From positions 22,940,001-23,004,000 of the forward strand of contig OZ210885.1 in NCBI GenBank assembly GCA_964658305.1: a DNA stretch of 64,000 bases, in the 5' to 3' direction. The notes under the pieces are model-generated. The model made no database searches, had not been told where the DNA came from, and saw nothing but the letters and a program-made list of their open reading frames with translations. This DNA is from Leptogorgia sarmentosa (lineage: Eukaryota). Shown one piece after another: positions 26,532 through 38,909 of this stretch; within the stretch, counting starts at the first letter, position 1, and each line of letters opens with the position of its first letter. The translations under genes and the position numbers were made by a program.

Positions 26532-29500
26532 ATGCAATTTTGCGATGGTTTAGCGGTAAACGCATTGCTAGAAGGAACCGACGTGAAGATGGTTGTTGAT
26601 ACTGGCAGTAGTGTGACAGTCATCAATCCGAAGCTGGTCGGTAAATTAGGACTGACCGCAAATACCCGGGACTCTGCGTTAAAACATCTGAAAACGGTAA
26701 CTGGACAAAGGATTCCAATATCCGGAATGGTTAGACTAACGTTAGGAGTTGCTGGTAAAGAAATGTTTCATGAATTTTGGATAGCACAGATTACTGAGGA
26801 AGTTGTACTTGGATTAGATTTTTTGAAAGCGCATACCTTTATGTACCTATATGTCGCGTACCTTTAACTAATGCTAGTGACAAACGAATTGGAAATACTT
26901 TTCGGTGCTTCAGAGTTTCCGCCGCGGGAGATTACCTGATTCCACCTCGATCAGAACCTCTAATTCCAGCGACGGTCGATTTCGATGGGGAAGAGGCTAT
27001 TGGGATTATAGAACCCTCTGACTCGGTTGGGAAAGGAATTATGGTTGGCAAAGTGTTGGCAGACGTTAAGAAAGATTGTTGCATTCCTGTGCGAATCATG
27101 AATTTAGATGATCGAACCCACACGATTAGAAAGGGGTCTGCAGTTGCTAACTGTGAAATTATTGATGATATGGATAATATTTTGCCGTCAAGTGCGTCTA
27201 GCTCAATGGTTGGTGGAGAAATATTACCTGAAGCTGTAAAAAGTCTCTATGAACGAAGCGCTGTTTGCTTGGATTCGGAGCAAAAGACGGAGGTGTACAA
27301 GCTGCTGTTACGTAATGTAGATGTGTTCTCAACAGGCCCTGATGATCTGGGGCAGACAGACAAGGTACAGCATCGAATCGAAACTGGAGACGCTCCTCCA
27401 GTTAAATAACCAGCCAGAAGATTACCTCGGGCTAAACAGGAAGAAGCAACGAAAGCCATAGATAGCATGAGAAAACAAGGAGTCATTGAACCATCTCACA
27501 GTCCTTGGTCCTCACCAGTGGTCCTCGTGTGGAAGAAGGATGGAAGCACCCGATTTTGCGTGGACTACCGTAGATTGAACGAAGTCACTCACAAAGATTC
27601 ATATCCATTACCCAGAATTGATGACATGATAGATAACTTTTCAGGGTCGAAATGGTTCTCAACTCTGGACCTCAGAAGTGGATATTGGCAAATTAAGATG
27701 GATTCACAACATAAGGAGAAGACAGCGTTCACGACGGGACGGGGATTGTGGCAGTTTAAAGTCATGCCCTTCGGCTTGTGCAACGCCCCAGCCACCTTCC
27801 AGCGGTTGATGGAACACGTTTTGGCTGGATTACCTTGGGACGTATGTGCTGTGTATTTGGATGACATCATTGTACTTGGGTCCACCTTTGAGAGGAAAAT
27901 CCAAAACATTGAAGAAGTGTTCAAGTGGCTAAGGTCAATGAATTTGAAACTTTCTCCCAGCAAATGTGAATTATTTCAGGAGGAAGTGGTCTACCTTGGT
28001 CACATCTCAGCCAATGGCATAAAAGTGGATCCAGCGAAAGTAGAAACCATTCTTTCTTGGCCTCGACCGAATAACATCACTGAACTTAGACGGTTTCTAG
28101 GTTTCTGCTTGTACCGGCGTTTCATCAACAAATTCGCCGAAACCTGTGAACCGCTGTTCTATTTGACACGTGGTAATAAACCATTCGAATGGAGTATGGA
28201 CGCCAAAGCAGCTTTCCAGAAACTTAAACTCTCGTTGACATCTCCACCTGTTTTGGCTTTTCCCAATGAAAGCGGTAAATTTGTCTTAGACACAGATGCA
28301 AGTTCATTTGGCATGGGAGCAGTACTGTCACAGCAAAGCGAAGGGGAGGAGAAAGTGATAGCTTATTATAGCCGTACCCTTAATAAAGCAGAACGCAGTT
28401 ACTGTGTCACGCGAAAAGAACTACTTGCTGTTGTCAAATCAATTGAGTATTTTCATCAGTACTTGTATGGTCAAAACTTTCTGGTTAGAACAGACCATGC
28501 CGCGTTGAGATGGCTAATGAATTTTAAGAACCCTGAAGGACAAATTGCTCGTTGGATACAGAAATTACAGCAGTATCAATTTACAGTTGAGCATCACAGT
28601 GGTCAGAAACATGGTAATGCCGATGTTCTCTCTCGTCGTCCGTGTGTCCATGACGGCTGCAAGAAGTGTGAACGACAAAGTTTGCGTGATCAGATTCTAA
28701 CCGAATCAGAGAATACGGAATGCCACCAGTGCAGCAAGGCAGAACCTGTTGTAGAAATGGCTACAGCTGAAATAGAAGGGACATTCGTCGAAGTATTGAA
28801 TTCCCAGAATGAACTGCGCTGTATACAACAAGAAGATCCAGATTTAAAAGTTTTAATCAACTTGTTGGAAGCTGGCGAGGAACCTGATTGGAGGAATGTG
28901 TCACCAGGAAGTGAGAAAATGAAAGTCTTGTGGACGCAGTGGGAGAGTTTGAAGATAGAGAAAGGAGAACTTTATCGTACGTTTGAGTCTGTAAGTGGAC
29001 ACGAGGCAATATTGCAATTAGTAGTTCCGGAATCACTGCAAGGAGAAGTTCTAAAACATGTACACAACAATATTACGTCAGGTCATTTAGGAGTAAACAA
29101 GACGCTACTGCGACTGAGAGAATGGTTCTATTGGCCTGGATGCGGGAAAGTTGTTCGGGAATAAGTCGTAAGTGTGACGTTTGTGCTGCTCAGAAAGGTC
29201 CAAAAGAAAGAGTGAGGGCTCAACTAGGGAGATATGTGATTGGTTGCCCCTTGGAGAGGATAGCGGTGGATATCACAGGACCTTTTGTTAAATCTGCTCA
29301 AGGAAACAAATATCTTCTGGTTGTGATGGATTACTATACCAAGTGGCCGGAAGCATACCCACTACCAAACCAGGAAGCTACCACGGTAGCTAGAGTGCTT
29401 GTAAACGAGTTCGTATGTCGGTATGGAGTTCCTTTAGAGTTACACTCTGATCAAGGAAGAAATTTTGAATCTGAAGTGTTCAGAGAGATGTGTCATTTGT

Positions 29501-30221
29501 TGGGAATTGAGAAGACCTGAACGACTCCACGTCACCCTGAGTCAGACGGAATGGTCGAGCGGTACAATCGGACGTTGAAACAGCAATTGTCCCAGTTCGT
29601 GGAAGAACAGCAAAAAGATTGGGATGTTCAAGTTCGATTGTTGCTTATGGCCTACCGGGCAGCGAATCATGACTCGACAAAACTAACACCAGCTAAATTA
29701 ATGCTTGGGCACGAGTTGCAGGTACCAGTTGATCTTGTTTTCGGAAGACCCGAGCCATCAATGTCTGTGACCGACTTTGTTCGGAAAGTGGAAGGAGACT
29801 TATCGAGAGTGAATAAATTTGCAAAAAGAACCTTGATATGACAGCGGACAGAATGAAGCGACAATATGTGACAAATCCTGTTCCAATGAGATTTTCAAGT
29901 GGAGACTTAGTCTGGTATTATAATCCGCGTAGGAAAAAGGGATTGTCACCGAAACTGATGAGTAAATGGGAGGGACCGTACGTTGTGGTGAAAAGATTGA
30001 ACGATCTTATTTACAGAATACGACAAAGTAGTCGGGGTAAACCAAAAGTGGTACATCGGAACCATCTTTGGAAATACAGTGGTACCAAGACGGCAGACTG
30101 GTATAACCAGAGATCCGGAGGTCAAGGTGAAGAGTTGTCTGAAGTCAACCGTAGTGAGGGAACTGAACATTTAAGACGAAGCGAGCGGCAACATAAGCCG
30201 GTGGAGAGACTTAAACTATAA
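26532..30221 (+). pseudogene. pol: Gypsy pol (PR-RT-RNase H-IN) with stops and frameshifts
   Basis: VDTGS; FCVDYRRLN, YLDDII; DTDAS, TDHAAL; HHCC, VDITGP, HSDQGRNFES, VERYNRTL; WEGPY. Confidence 0.92.
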
Positions 30222-32361
30222 ATTGGTATTGAATTAAACATTTTAACAAGTGTGTACAGGATTACCGTCATTCTAAGGAATGACTAGGGGGGAGAAGTGT
30301 TGTAAATGCGTTCGTCCATAGTAATTATGTAATTATGTAAATACTTGTGTATATAAGCTTGAATGATGATTAAAAAGTATGTGTGCAACAGAACTGTGTT
30401 GGTGAGCTTGCAGGGAGCAGTTAGAAAGCTGTGGCGTAACACATGTATTTTCAACATTTGACTTTGGTATAATATGGTTGAATATTAACAAATTACTTAC
30501 AATATTAACCATTTGTCAGATTCTCTTCAGAAGATTCTATTCTTCCAAATCTGATGGTGACCAGTCAACAATGTTCTCTGACAGAACATTGATCAACAGA
30601 CGTAATGTGACCAATGATGGTCACCTCATGCCAACTATCGTGCTGACCGAGATTTTTTCATAATTCTTGTAAAGTCAAGAGTTATTGCAGCATCTATGAA
30701 ACTTTTGGGCATGAAGGACAAGACAAGCCAGCCTGCTAATTATGCTCTTCCTGCAGACTTATTGGTTATGACCAAACTGCAAAAACTAGAATGTTTACAC
30801 AAAGCTGCAGCAATGGTTGTTGATTTGTTTGTTGTTGATGAATTATGGGTTAATACACTAATTACACAGGTTTGTTTTCAGTGTTTCAATGAATAATATT
30901 GCCAGGATACAGTAAATTCTCACATAGGTAAATCTTATCCTATTTGGGTGCAAACGTACAGAGCCGTGCTTTAATTAATAAGATAAATAACTCTATTTTT
31001 CCACAGGTTGTTTCATCACAGGAGAAGCAAAAGCTGCTTGATAAACAAGACCTCACACCAGCTGGCAGATTTCCATGTAGATTCCCAGGTTGTCAGTATT
31101 CGTTTAAATATGATGGAAAAAGTAGGATGAAGCATGAATCAAAACACCACCCAGCCCCTGTTTCTCAAGAAAGTGTAGCTGATGAAGATACTGCCCAGCC
31201 TGTTTCTCAACCAGGTCCAACTGGTGAAGATACTGACCATATTGTCCAGACAGCTAATATGGAGAATCCAGATGCAACAATACATGATGCCCCAGAATTG
31301 TCTCATGTTAAACAAGATGATTGTTACAACTACAATTGTGCATTGTTAACAGATGGATTATTTTTTCTAAACTTCCTAGATGCTGTTGCAGAAGGAGATG
31401 GTGCAAGGATAATGAGGCAATATGCATATCTACTTCTTTACTGTAAAGCTGACAACAATCATAGTACAAAATATGCATTGGAGTGCCTATACCAGTTATT
31501 CTTACCAAGGCACTGCTGTCACCAAGAGATGTTGAGCGTTTCATATGGAACCGGACAGTCAATAACTGTGGGAAGAAAGGAAAAATATTGCAATGGACTT
31601 GCATGTTGAACACAGTAATAACTTTGTGAAGCAGGGAATAAAGAATCTTGGCCCAAACCTTACTGAAAAATCAGTAAAACGAATATACTGTGCTGAAAGC
31701 GGGATGCGGCAGATCATGGATACTATGGATGACCCAGCTGGCCAACGACGTTGTTTCGACGTCTATTTTAGGTTGTAAAGACGTCGCGACGTTGACAACG
31801 CAATATCAATGTTGCTTCTACGTCATTTTGAAGACGTTGGATAGACGTCTGCAAAGTGACATTGTTCCAACGTGGAATCAAGGTTGATACACCGACATCA
31901 AATAACCGACCAGAAATCAACGTTGTATCAACATTGTTTGAAAGATGTCGCATCAACGTTGTTAAATGAACGTTGTTTCGACGTGGAATCAAAGTTGATG
32001 TAGCAACGTCGATTTATAGACTACAACTCAACTGACCACGATTCAGTCAGTGTTGTATCACAGAGTATGTATCAGACAGCTAGTGGTGTAACTCAATATT
32101 AAAGGACAATGGCAACAAAAAATTTTATTGGCTATTTTACTATAATAGCATCAATACACCTTAGGCGTTATGTTTTTCTGACGTCAATAGAACACAATTA
32201 AGAGTTATTACCCAATATTTTATCTTAAATTTATCATCCCGTCCGCCATTTTGAATTTCGCGCCTATGCTAATTTATACATGAATATATTTGATGACGTC
32301 AACTGTGGGGTTGCAATCCACACACATTCAATCATTCGAGGAATTATGTGTATTTTGGAAA

Positions 32362-33665
32362 ATGTATTGTCGAGTTTATGGGTGTAACAGCCACAGCAAA
32401 AAAAATATAAACAAAGAATTGCATTTCTTTTCTTTTCCTGCTGGTAAGGATAGCGAAACACGTAAGAGGAGAGAATCTTGGATAGAATTTTGCAAACGCA
32501 AAGCGTTCACACCAACAGTAAATACTAGGATATGCTCGCTTCACTTCACTGATGACTCATACGACCCAGCACACTCCCCAAAATTTCTTAAATCAATCAG
32601 CTGTGAAGATCAGACTTTGGTTATGTTAAAAAAGAATGCTGTTCCTACCTTGAACAAACCTATGATGGAAAAAACCGAGACGAAACAGAGAAAGACCTCA
32701 GAAGAAAGACTTCGAAGAAAGGTAGTTCATGCATTATCGCCAAACCTTTAAAGGAAAAGCCAACTTATGGTAAGAATAGATAAATTATATAAAGTAATTG
32801 TTCATGAGATTTCATCATTGGTATCCTGAAATAGTTTGTAAACAGATCTAAAAATTTAGTGAAAAAATTATTTTAATAATAAACAATACCTACATGAAAA
32901 CAATCGAACCCCCAACGTATCATTTTCTTGTCAAGCGCCAGTTTATATGACCACAGTCCCTACCGAGACGTGTTGCCGACAGAAATATTCGCGATTATTC
33001 GAATGTAGTTGTATAATTATTAATAGCTTGTACATTTCAGTGAAAAACATGTACATTTCAGTGACGTAATCCTCCGATTTTAGTGCTTTGTTCATTTATT
33101 TCCCAGAAGCATTGCCTTTACCAAATTTTCGTATAAACCTGTTGTATAAAATAATTTGATTGTAGTTTCATATCAGAACGGTCAAGATTTTCAAAAACCC
33201 AGTTGTAACTAACAATTAAGCCCATGCATGCTTCAGTGACAAGTATATATTGCGAATTGGCACAACTTTAAAATTTCCATTTAATTTATCTGAATGATTC
33301 CATGCTATTTGTTTTTTAGGATATGTCAAAGTAATTCTTGATGAAGTGATGAAATTAAGGTGTAAGCACAACACTCTTAAGAAAGCAAGAAACACGCAAA
33401 GAAAATATTGCCGCCAGAGCCCTGTTCTTTGGTGGAAAAGTATTTGAAGGGAAGGCCAAAGCCGTCAAAAGAAGTTGTCGTTGCTGCCATACGTAGTCGG
33501 TTTAGCAAACCTGCTTTACCTTTAACACATGCACCTACAGAGAAAGAAAATTCATGCTCCTGTAAAGGGAAATGTGCGACAAAAAGATGTATTTGCAAAA
33601 GCAGTAAAGAACTTTGTTGTTCGGAGTGTAAATGTAGCAAGACAAAGTGTCATAACTCGCTATGA
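32362..33665 (+). pseudogene. Kolobok transposase remnant: THAP exon (32362-32721) and C-terminal CXC exon (about 33320-33665); DDE core absent
   Basis: MYCRVYGC..FFSFP..W..ICSLHF..AVPTL; CSCKGKCATKRCIC..CCSECKC. Confidence 0.8.
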
Positions 33666-33786
33666 CACTCGCAAGTAACAAATCCAACGCCTTGTAAATA
33701 TGTATATATGTTCCATGTACAAATATATAATATGAAGCTATCTACTGTATGAATATGTACGTATGTTGCAACTTATAAATACCGTT

Positions 33787-34383
33787 CTACTTGTTAGCGT
33801 ACTTAAAATGTGTATACAGCCCATCTGGTGAAGCAAATTGTTTTCGTATTTTCGCATATATACAACACGAAAACGGTCTTCTCTTTTTCTTTCCCAATAT
33901 TTGGAATATCCAACGGGAGCACCTCTGATAAGATACCAAGCGGTAAAGTTTATGAGTTCTTTCAATATCTTCATCGCCAAGCGGCCAATTTTCTTCTAAG
34001 TATCTACATACATCAATCTTTAAAACTCCTTGCGATAGCATATTTTCAGCAAACTCCGGTAGGCATGTAATACACTGGTTCCCTGCCTCTTCTGCTTGCG
34101 ACAAAAGTGAATCATATTCGTCGTATTCTAATGATTTTTCTTTACAACAGAAATTTTCAATCACTTTGTTATGTATCGAGCAATGACCACATTTGCACCA
34201 TTTTAGTGAATCAAAGCGCCAAGCGTTTTCGGTTTCAAACGCTTTTATTCCAATGTCTTCATCAGATGAAGACTGGCTTTCACAGTCACTAGAGTATTCG
34301 CTACAGTTCGCGTTTTGGCCTGGTTCGGGTTCAAACTGATACGGCAGAACTTCACTCACTTGATTTTCGTGAATTTCATCCAT
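33787..34383 (-). CDS. KolX-like accessory protein (P2X7 C-terminal cysteine-rich-like)
   Basis: PYQFEPE, WCKCGHC, ENFCCKE, CITC, YRLVSYQRCSRWIFQILGKKKRRPFSCCIYAKIRKQF. Confidence 0.8.
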   Translation of the reverse strand: MDEIHENQVSEVLPYQFEPEPGQNANCSEYSSDCESQSSSDEDIGIKAFETENAWRFDSLKWCKCGHCSIHNKVIENFCCKEKSLEYDEYDSLLSQAEEAGNQCITCLPEFAENMLSQGVLKIDVCRYLEENWPLGDEDIERTHKLYRLVSYQRCSRWIFQILGKKKRRPFSCCIYAKIRKQFASPDGLYTHFKYANK

Positions 34384-34932
34384 TAATTGATCAAATGTTT
34401 CGTTTGTTTTGCTTTCTTGCTGTTTAAAAAGTTATTAACAACCTACGAATCTCTATAGCAGTCTATTGCAAAAATTGCCAAACCCCACACCTGACGTCAT
34501 AGAGATTGCATAACCAAAACATAATTTTTTCGCATTAATTCAAAATGGCGGACGGGATGATGAATTTAAGATATAATATTGTGTAATAACTCTTAATTGT
34601 GTTCTATTGACGTCAGAAAAACATAACGCGTAAGGTGTATTGATGCTATTATAGTAAAATAGCCAATAAAATTTTTTGTTGACATTGTCCTTTAAAAAGT
34701 AACATTTTCATGTAACAACTTTTTTCAATGCGACCTGGCAAAAAATGATCAACTGCGCATGCTTGCCAAGTTTCAATTTAGTCAACAGGTCGTCATCCAA
34801 TCAGATGCACGCATCTAGTAACTTGCCGAGCATGCACACAAAAAAGTGGGTACAACAGTTAGACTTCTGTATATGTAATTACTTTGTGGTTGTATCAACA
34901 CTGTTTAAAAGCCGTTGTATCAACATTTTTAA

Positions 34933-36897
34933 CCCTGGAGAACCCATGGGGTCACATATGACCCCACTATAAGAAACGTCCATTGTCAGTGATATGTTTG
35001 ATGCTAATAATTTTTTGCCACTAAAACCCAGAGTCCCACATATGACCCACCCGGAAAAAGTGACCTGGTGCTGAATTTGTAATTACGTCATTTGAAATTC
35101 TCAAAACAAACATGGCGGTTCTCACTGTGAATATATTTACTTTGAATTGTGATTTTCAAGCAATAATCAAGCCATAAGAGAGTAAGTTATACATATATTC
35201 ATGATAGGAACTAAAAGATGAGTTATAAGTGAACCTGTAAAACATATTTTGGTGAAGGTTTTGCAAATTTGTGTTACATACAGCAAGTTGTAAAATCGAT
35301 GGGTCACATATGGCCCACTGGGTCACTGTGCAAGTTTTTGTCATGTTTATCTAAGGGTCAGATTTTCGAAATGTGACAAAATACAGTAATGGATTACCAT
35401 ATATATCAAAGCAGTACTTTACGCCAACTTGGCTAGGGTTTTGTAGAATTATCGTTCGGGTAGAATATAAAGGTTGTATCTATTTTATATTGTCTGTTTA
35501 GTTTATCATGGCTAGCAGTGGAAAGCAACATCATCTTTCTGTTGAGCAAGTTTTAGATATAATTGATGCTGACAATAGTGATGTCAGCCTAGGTGGCTCA
35601 AGCGATGAGTCAGATAGTGATGAAATCTATGTCCCAGGTAACATTGATAATATAGAGAATAGTGAATCTGAAAGTGACCATGACAAATCAGAGGTGAATG
35701 ATGAATCAAGTGGTGATGATGATGGGTGATGATGATAATGATGATGTACCTCTCGCAAGAAGATCGGCCATCACTAAAAAGGGAGAAACCAAGACCAAAG
35801 CAAAATATAGATGGAGAAAAAAAAATTTTGAAGCACCCCAATGTCAATTTCAGGGAGGAATGGTTGAACCCACAGATCCAACTGGAATAACAGAGACACC
35901 TTTACTCTACTTCAAGCAGTTTGTGACAAAGGAAATGATAGAACTCATTGTGGAGTATACCAATAGATACAGTGTTCAAAAGAATGGTAAATGTGTAAAT
36001 ACATCTGCGAAAGAAATTGAACAATTACTGGGCATGTTCTTCAAAATGGGCATTGTTAAGATGCCTGCAATACGGATGTACTGGGAAAAGGAAACCCGGT
36101 ACCATCCAGTTACAGAAGTCATGAGCAGGAATAGATTCCAGCTACTTCATTCTTTGATCCATTTTGTGGACAATGAAACTGTGTCAGATGAAATGAAGAA
36201 AGACCGCCTTTGGAAAATACGACCATTTCTGGACATGTTCTGAGTTCAGTGCCTTCAGACTACCCCTGCAGAACATCAGTCCATTGATGAAATGATGGTA
36301 CCGTACAAAGGCAAATTTGGGCAAATACGACAGTGTACATAAGGGGTAAGCCGCATCCATGGGGCTTCAAAATATGGGCTAGATGCTCTGTGCATGGAAT
36401 CCTCCATGACTTTGAAGTCTATCAGGGAAAAGGTGGAAATAGCGGAGCAAAGGGACTTGGCATTGGAGGAGATGTTGTTGTAAAGCTGTGTGGAACTCTT
36501 CCAAAAGATGTGGCACACAAGATATATGCTGACAATTTCTTCACCTCAGTTGAACTGATAAAGAAATTGTCAGAAGATGGATTCCTTTATACTGGCACCG
36601 TGAGAAAGAACCGTCTCGAAAAGTGCAACGTCATGGAAGAAAAGGCTCTCAAGAAGAAAGGACAAGGATCACATGATTTTAGAGTTGAAGCAAAGACCAA
36701 TATTATCTGTGTTAGGTGGCAGGATTCGAAAGCAGTAACCCTCATGTCGAACTATGCTGGGACAGAGCCTATCGACAAAGCCCGCCGCTGGGACAAAAGT
36801 AGCAAAGAGTACGCAGAAGTTGACCGCCCACACATCATCAGGGAATACAATACCCACATGGGTGGTGTTGATATGCTGGATGCCCACATCTCCCGAA
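34933..36897 (+). mobile_element. piggyBac element, 5' portion only
   Basis: TTAA|CCCTGGAG left end at 34929-34940; GGGTCACATATGACCC repeats; piggyBac transposase ORF downstream. Confidence 0.85.
35508..36897 (+). pseudogene. piggyBac transposase, broken and 3'-truncated
   Basis: MSRNRF, SIDEMMVPYKG, KPHPWGFKIW, YADNFFTS, YNTHMGGVDMLD. Confidence 0.88.
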
Positions 36898-36899
36898 TA

Positions 36900-38909
36900 G
36901 GGATGATATTGGTAAAATGTCCGACAAAAATAGAGGAAATCTATTGGAATTATTAAATCTGAGATGCAACGACATTCCATGGCTTGAAGACAAGCTAAAA
37001 AGTCAACTAAAACTTCACGCACAGTGGACGTCACCGTCTATCCAGAATGAGATATTAGAAATAATATCTCATTCTGTTGTCCAGTGAATAACTAAGGATG
37101 TACAATTAAGCCGAAACTACGCATTAATAATGGACGAAACTTCTGATATCAGCCGCACTGAACAAGTGTCGATCTGTTTAAGACATGTTTTGGATGGTAT
37201 AACCTTGGAAACATTTCTTGGATTCTTTTCAACAATATCAACTGAAGGCGAAGTTTTGTTCGAACTTGTAAAGAAAGTTATGACTGACCATGGCCTAGAG
37301 TTGGGAAATATTGTTGGCGAGTGCTTTGATAGTGCATCAAATATGAGTGGTGTTCGGAAAGGAGTAGCAGCCCGGATGAAAGAATGTTCGCCGCGAGGAG
37401 TCTATGTACACTGTTATGCACATATTCTCAACCTGGCGCTGCAAGACACCATGAGTGACGTGAAACCACTCCGAAATGCACTAGGGACGTTACAGAGTCT
37501 GTATAACTTTTTGGAAGGCAGTCCGAAACGTCATTGTTTGTTCAAATCTGTGGAGGTGGATGATAATCAGCTCTTGCTCACACTTAAGTCTTTAAGTGAA
37601 ACGAGATGGTCCTGCAGGTGGGATGCAGTAAAAGCGGTCACGGAGCAAATGCGCAAAATTGTCAGAGCTCTTCTCCTTTTCGCATGTGACAAGGATAAGA
37701 AGACGTACACGGATAGTCGCGCCCTCATGAATGCCATTTGTGATTTTGAGTTCGTGTTTGGACTTATTCTGCTCAAGATGATATTGTTAAATACGAACAG
37801 TTTAAGCAAGTACCTCCAAGGAAGAAGTATTGATGTGATCACTGCAAAAAGAAATTCTGATCTTACAATTAAGACACTCCAAAAATGTCGTGACGAGAAG
37901 AGTTTTGAACTCTTATGGAAAAGGGCGGAGATTCTGTGCCGTGATATAAAGGCGGAGATTATTGGCGAAGAAGACTTCGTTTTCAAAGAGGCAAGGGCTC
38001 AGCGAAGCCAACCATCCCGGCGTTTACAAGCACTTGTGGGTGAATCGACATCAGTTACAAGTACCAATTGTGTAATCACTCCCGAAAGCCATCATCACGT
38101 CAATACATTCTACAGATCCCTTGACAAAGTAATCAGTGAAATGAAAGCACGATTTAACGAGAACGACCAAGAAATTTTGTGTGCTTTAGGAGATGTTGTA
38201 CTGAACGAAAATCCACTACAATACAACTTCGAAATAGTGGCAGAGTTCTACAATGTAGATAAGGATCTCCTTGAAGTCGAAAAAGAGATGTATCAAAACT
38301 CCATCCAGGCGTCCAAGTCTCAAGCGAAAACCACAGCAGATGTCGTCTGCAAAATGTTTGAGGATGGTTTATGTGATTTATTGCCTATTTTGTACGAAGT
38401 TGCGACAATCCTGGCATCCATTCCTGCTACTTCAAGTTCTGCTGAAAGATCGTTTAGTAGCTTGCGACGAGTGAAAACTTATCTCCGTTCAACAATGGGT
38501 CAACAACGCTTGAATTCTATCGCTTTAATTAATATTGAACGGGCTTACGCTAACAAAACCATTGCAAATGACATGATTGAAATAATTGACACATTTGGCA
38601 AACGACGTGGGCGAGATAAGTACTTCTTTTAAACTAACCCGACTTTCCACATGACTCAAACTTGAGCGTTTGACGTGGTGGCATGCAGAGTGAAAAAAGA
38701 TGTTGTACAGTTAATCAACAAATTAACAGAACATAATAGAGTTTGTTACTATAATATTTTATCGCTAACAATACACAATACCTATATTGCGTTCTAATGA
38801 TTCTATTGAGTTTCTTAACTGAAAATTCGGGCACTTTCAAATTTTAAAGCTAAAAATTCGGGCAAAGATTCGTTGCCCCTCCCAATAAAACTGCGCCCGT
38901 ATGCTTATG
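36900..38909 (+). mobile_element. hAT element, 3' portion
   Basis: hAT ORF followed by GCGCCCGTATGCTTATG terminus at 38909; joined directly to the piggyBac ORF. Confidence 0.75.
37130..38632 (+). CDS. hAT transposase (ZMYM1-like) core and dimerization domain; upstream part degraded
   Basis: MDETSDIS, CFDSASNMSG, VHCYAHILNL, SETRW, IPATSSSAERSFSSLRRVKTYLRSTMGQQRL. Confidence 0.88.
   Translation: MDETSDISRTEQVSICLRHVLDGITLETFLGFFSTISTEGEVLFELVKKVMTDHGLELGNIVGECFDSASNMSGVRKGVAARMKECSPRGVYVHCYAHILNLALQDTMSDVKPLRNALGTLQSLYNFLEGSPKRHCLFKSVEVDDNQLLLTLKSLSETRWSCRWDAVKAVTEQMRKIVRALLLFACDKDKKTYTDSRALMNAICDFEFVFGLILLKMILLNTNSLSKYLQGRSIDVITAKRNSDLTIKTLQKCRDEKSFELLWKRAEILCRDIKAEIIGEEDFVFKEARAQRSQPSRRLQALVGESTSVTSTNCVITPESHHHVNTFYRSLDKVISEMKARFNENDQEILCALGDVVLNENPLQYNFEIVAEFYNVDKDLLEVEKEMYQNSIQASKSQAKTTADVVCKMFEDGLCDLLPILYEVATILASIPATSSSAERSFSSLRRVKTYLRSTMGQQRLNSIALINIERAYANKTIANDMIEIIDTFGKRRGRDKYFF

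Larger units (their letters stand above)
24905..30441 (+). mobile_element. Full-length Ty3/Gypsy LTR retrotransposon in an Academ intron
   Basis: 144-bp LTRs at 24905-25048 and 30298-30441 (TG..CA, 4 mismatches); TSD CATG; purine tract before the 3' LTR. Confidence 0.95.
23563..31731 (+). pseudogene. AcademH-type transposase (DUF6589-like); exons about 23563-23739, 23893-24146, 30520-30868, 31008-31731
   Basis: FFPSIEDH, KNENVNEDM, AGDQLTVER, LGDWH, LINRRNV, DAVAEGDGAR, KYALE, WNRTVN, MDLHVEHSN; GT-AG introns; truncated at both ends by insertions. Confidence 0.85.
32103..34691 (+). mobile_element. Kolobok DNA transposon, internally deleted
   Basis: TTAA|AGGACAATG ... CATTGTCCT|TTAA; TIRs about 155 bp; THAP exon and convergent KolX-like ORF. 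Confidence 0.9.

Noticed and set aside
33787..34383. Host P2X7 receptor
   Set aside because: Only the cysteine-rich region is present, with no transmembrane part, and it lies within Kolobok TIRs
37130..38632. Host ZMYM1 or THAP12 gene
   Set aside because: Intronless, degraded upstream and followed by a hAT-type terminus
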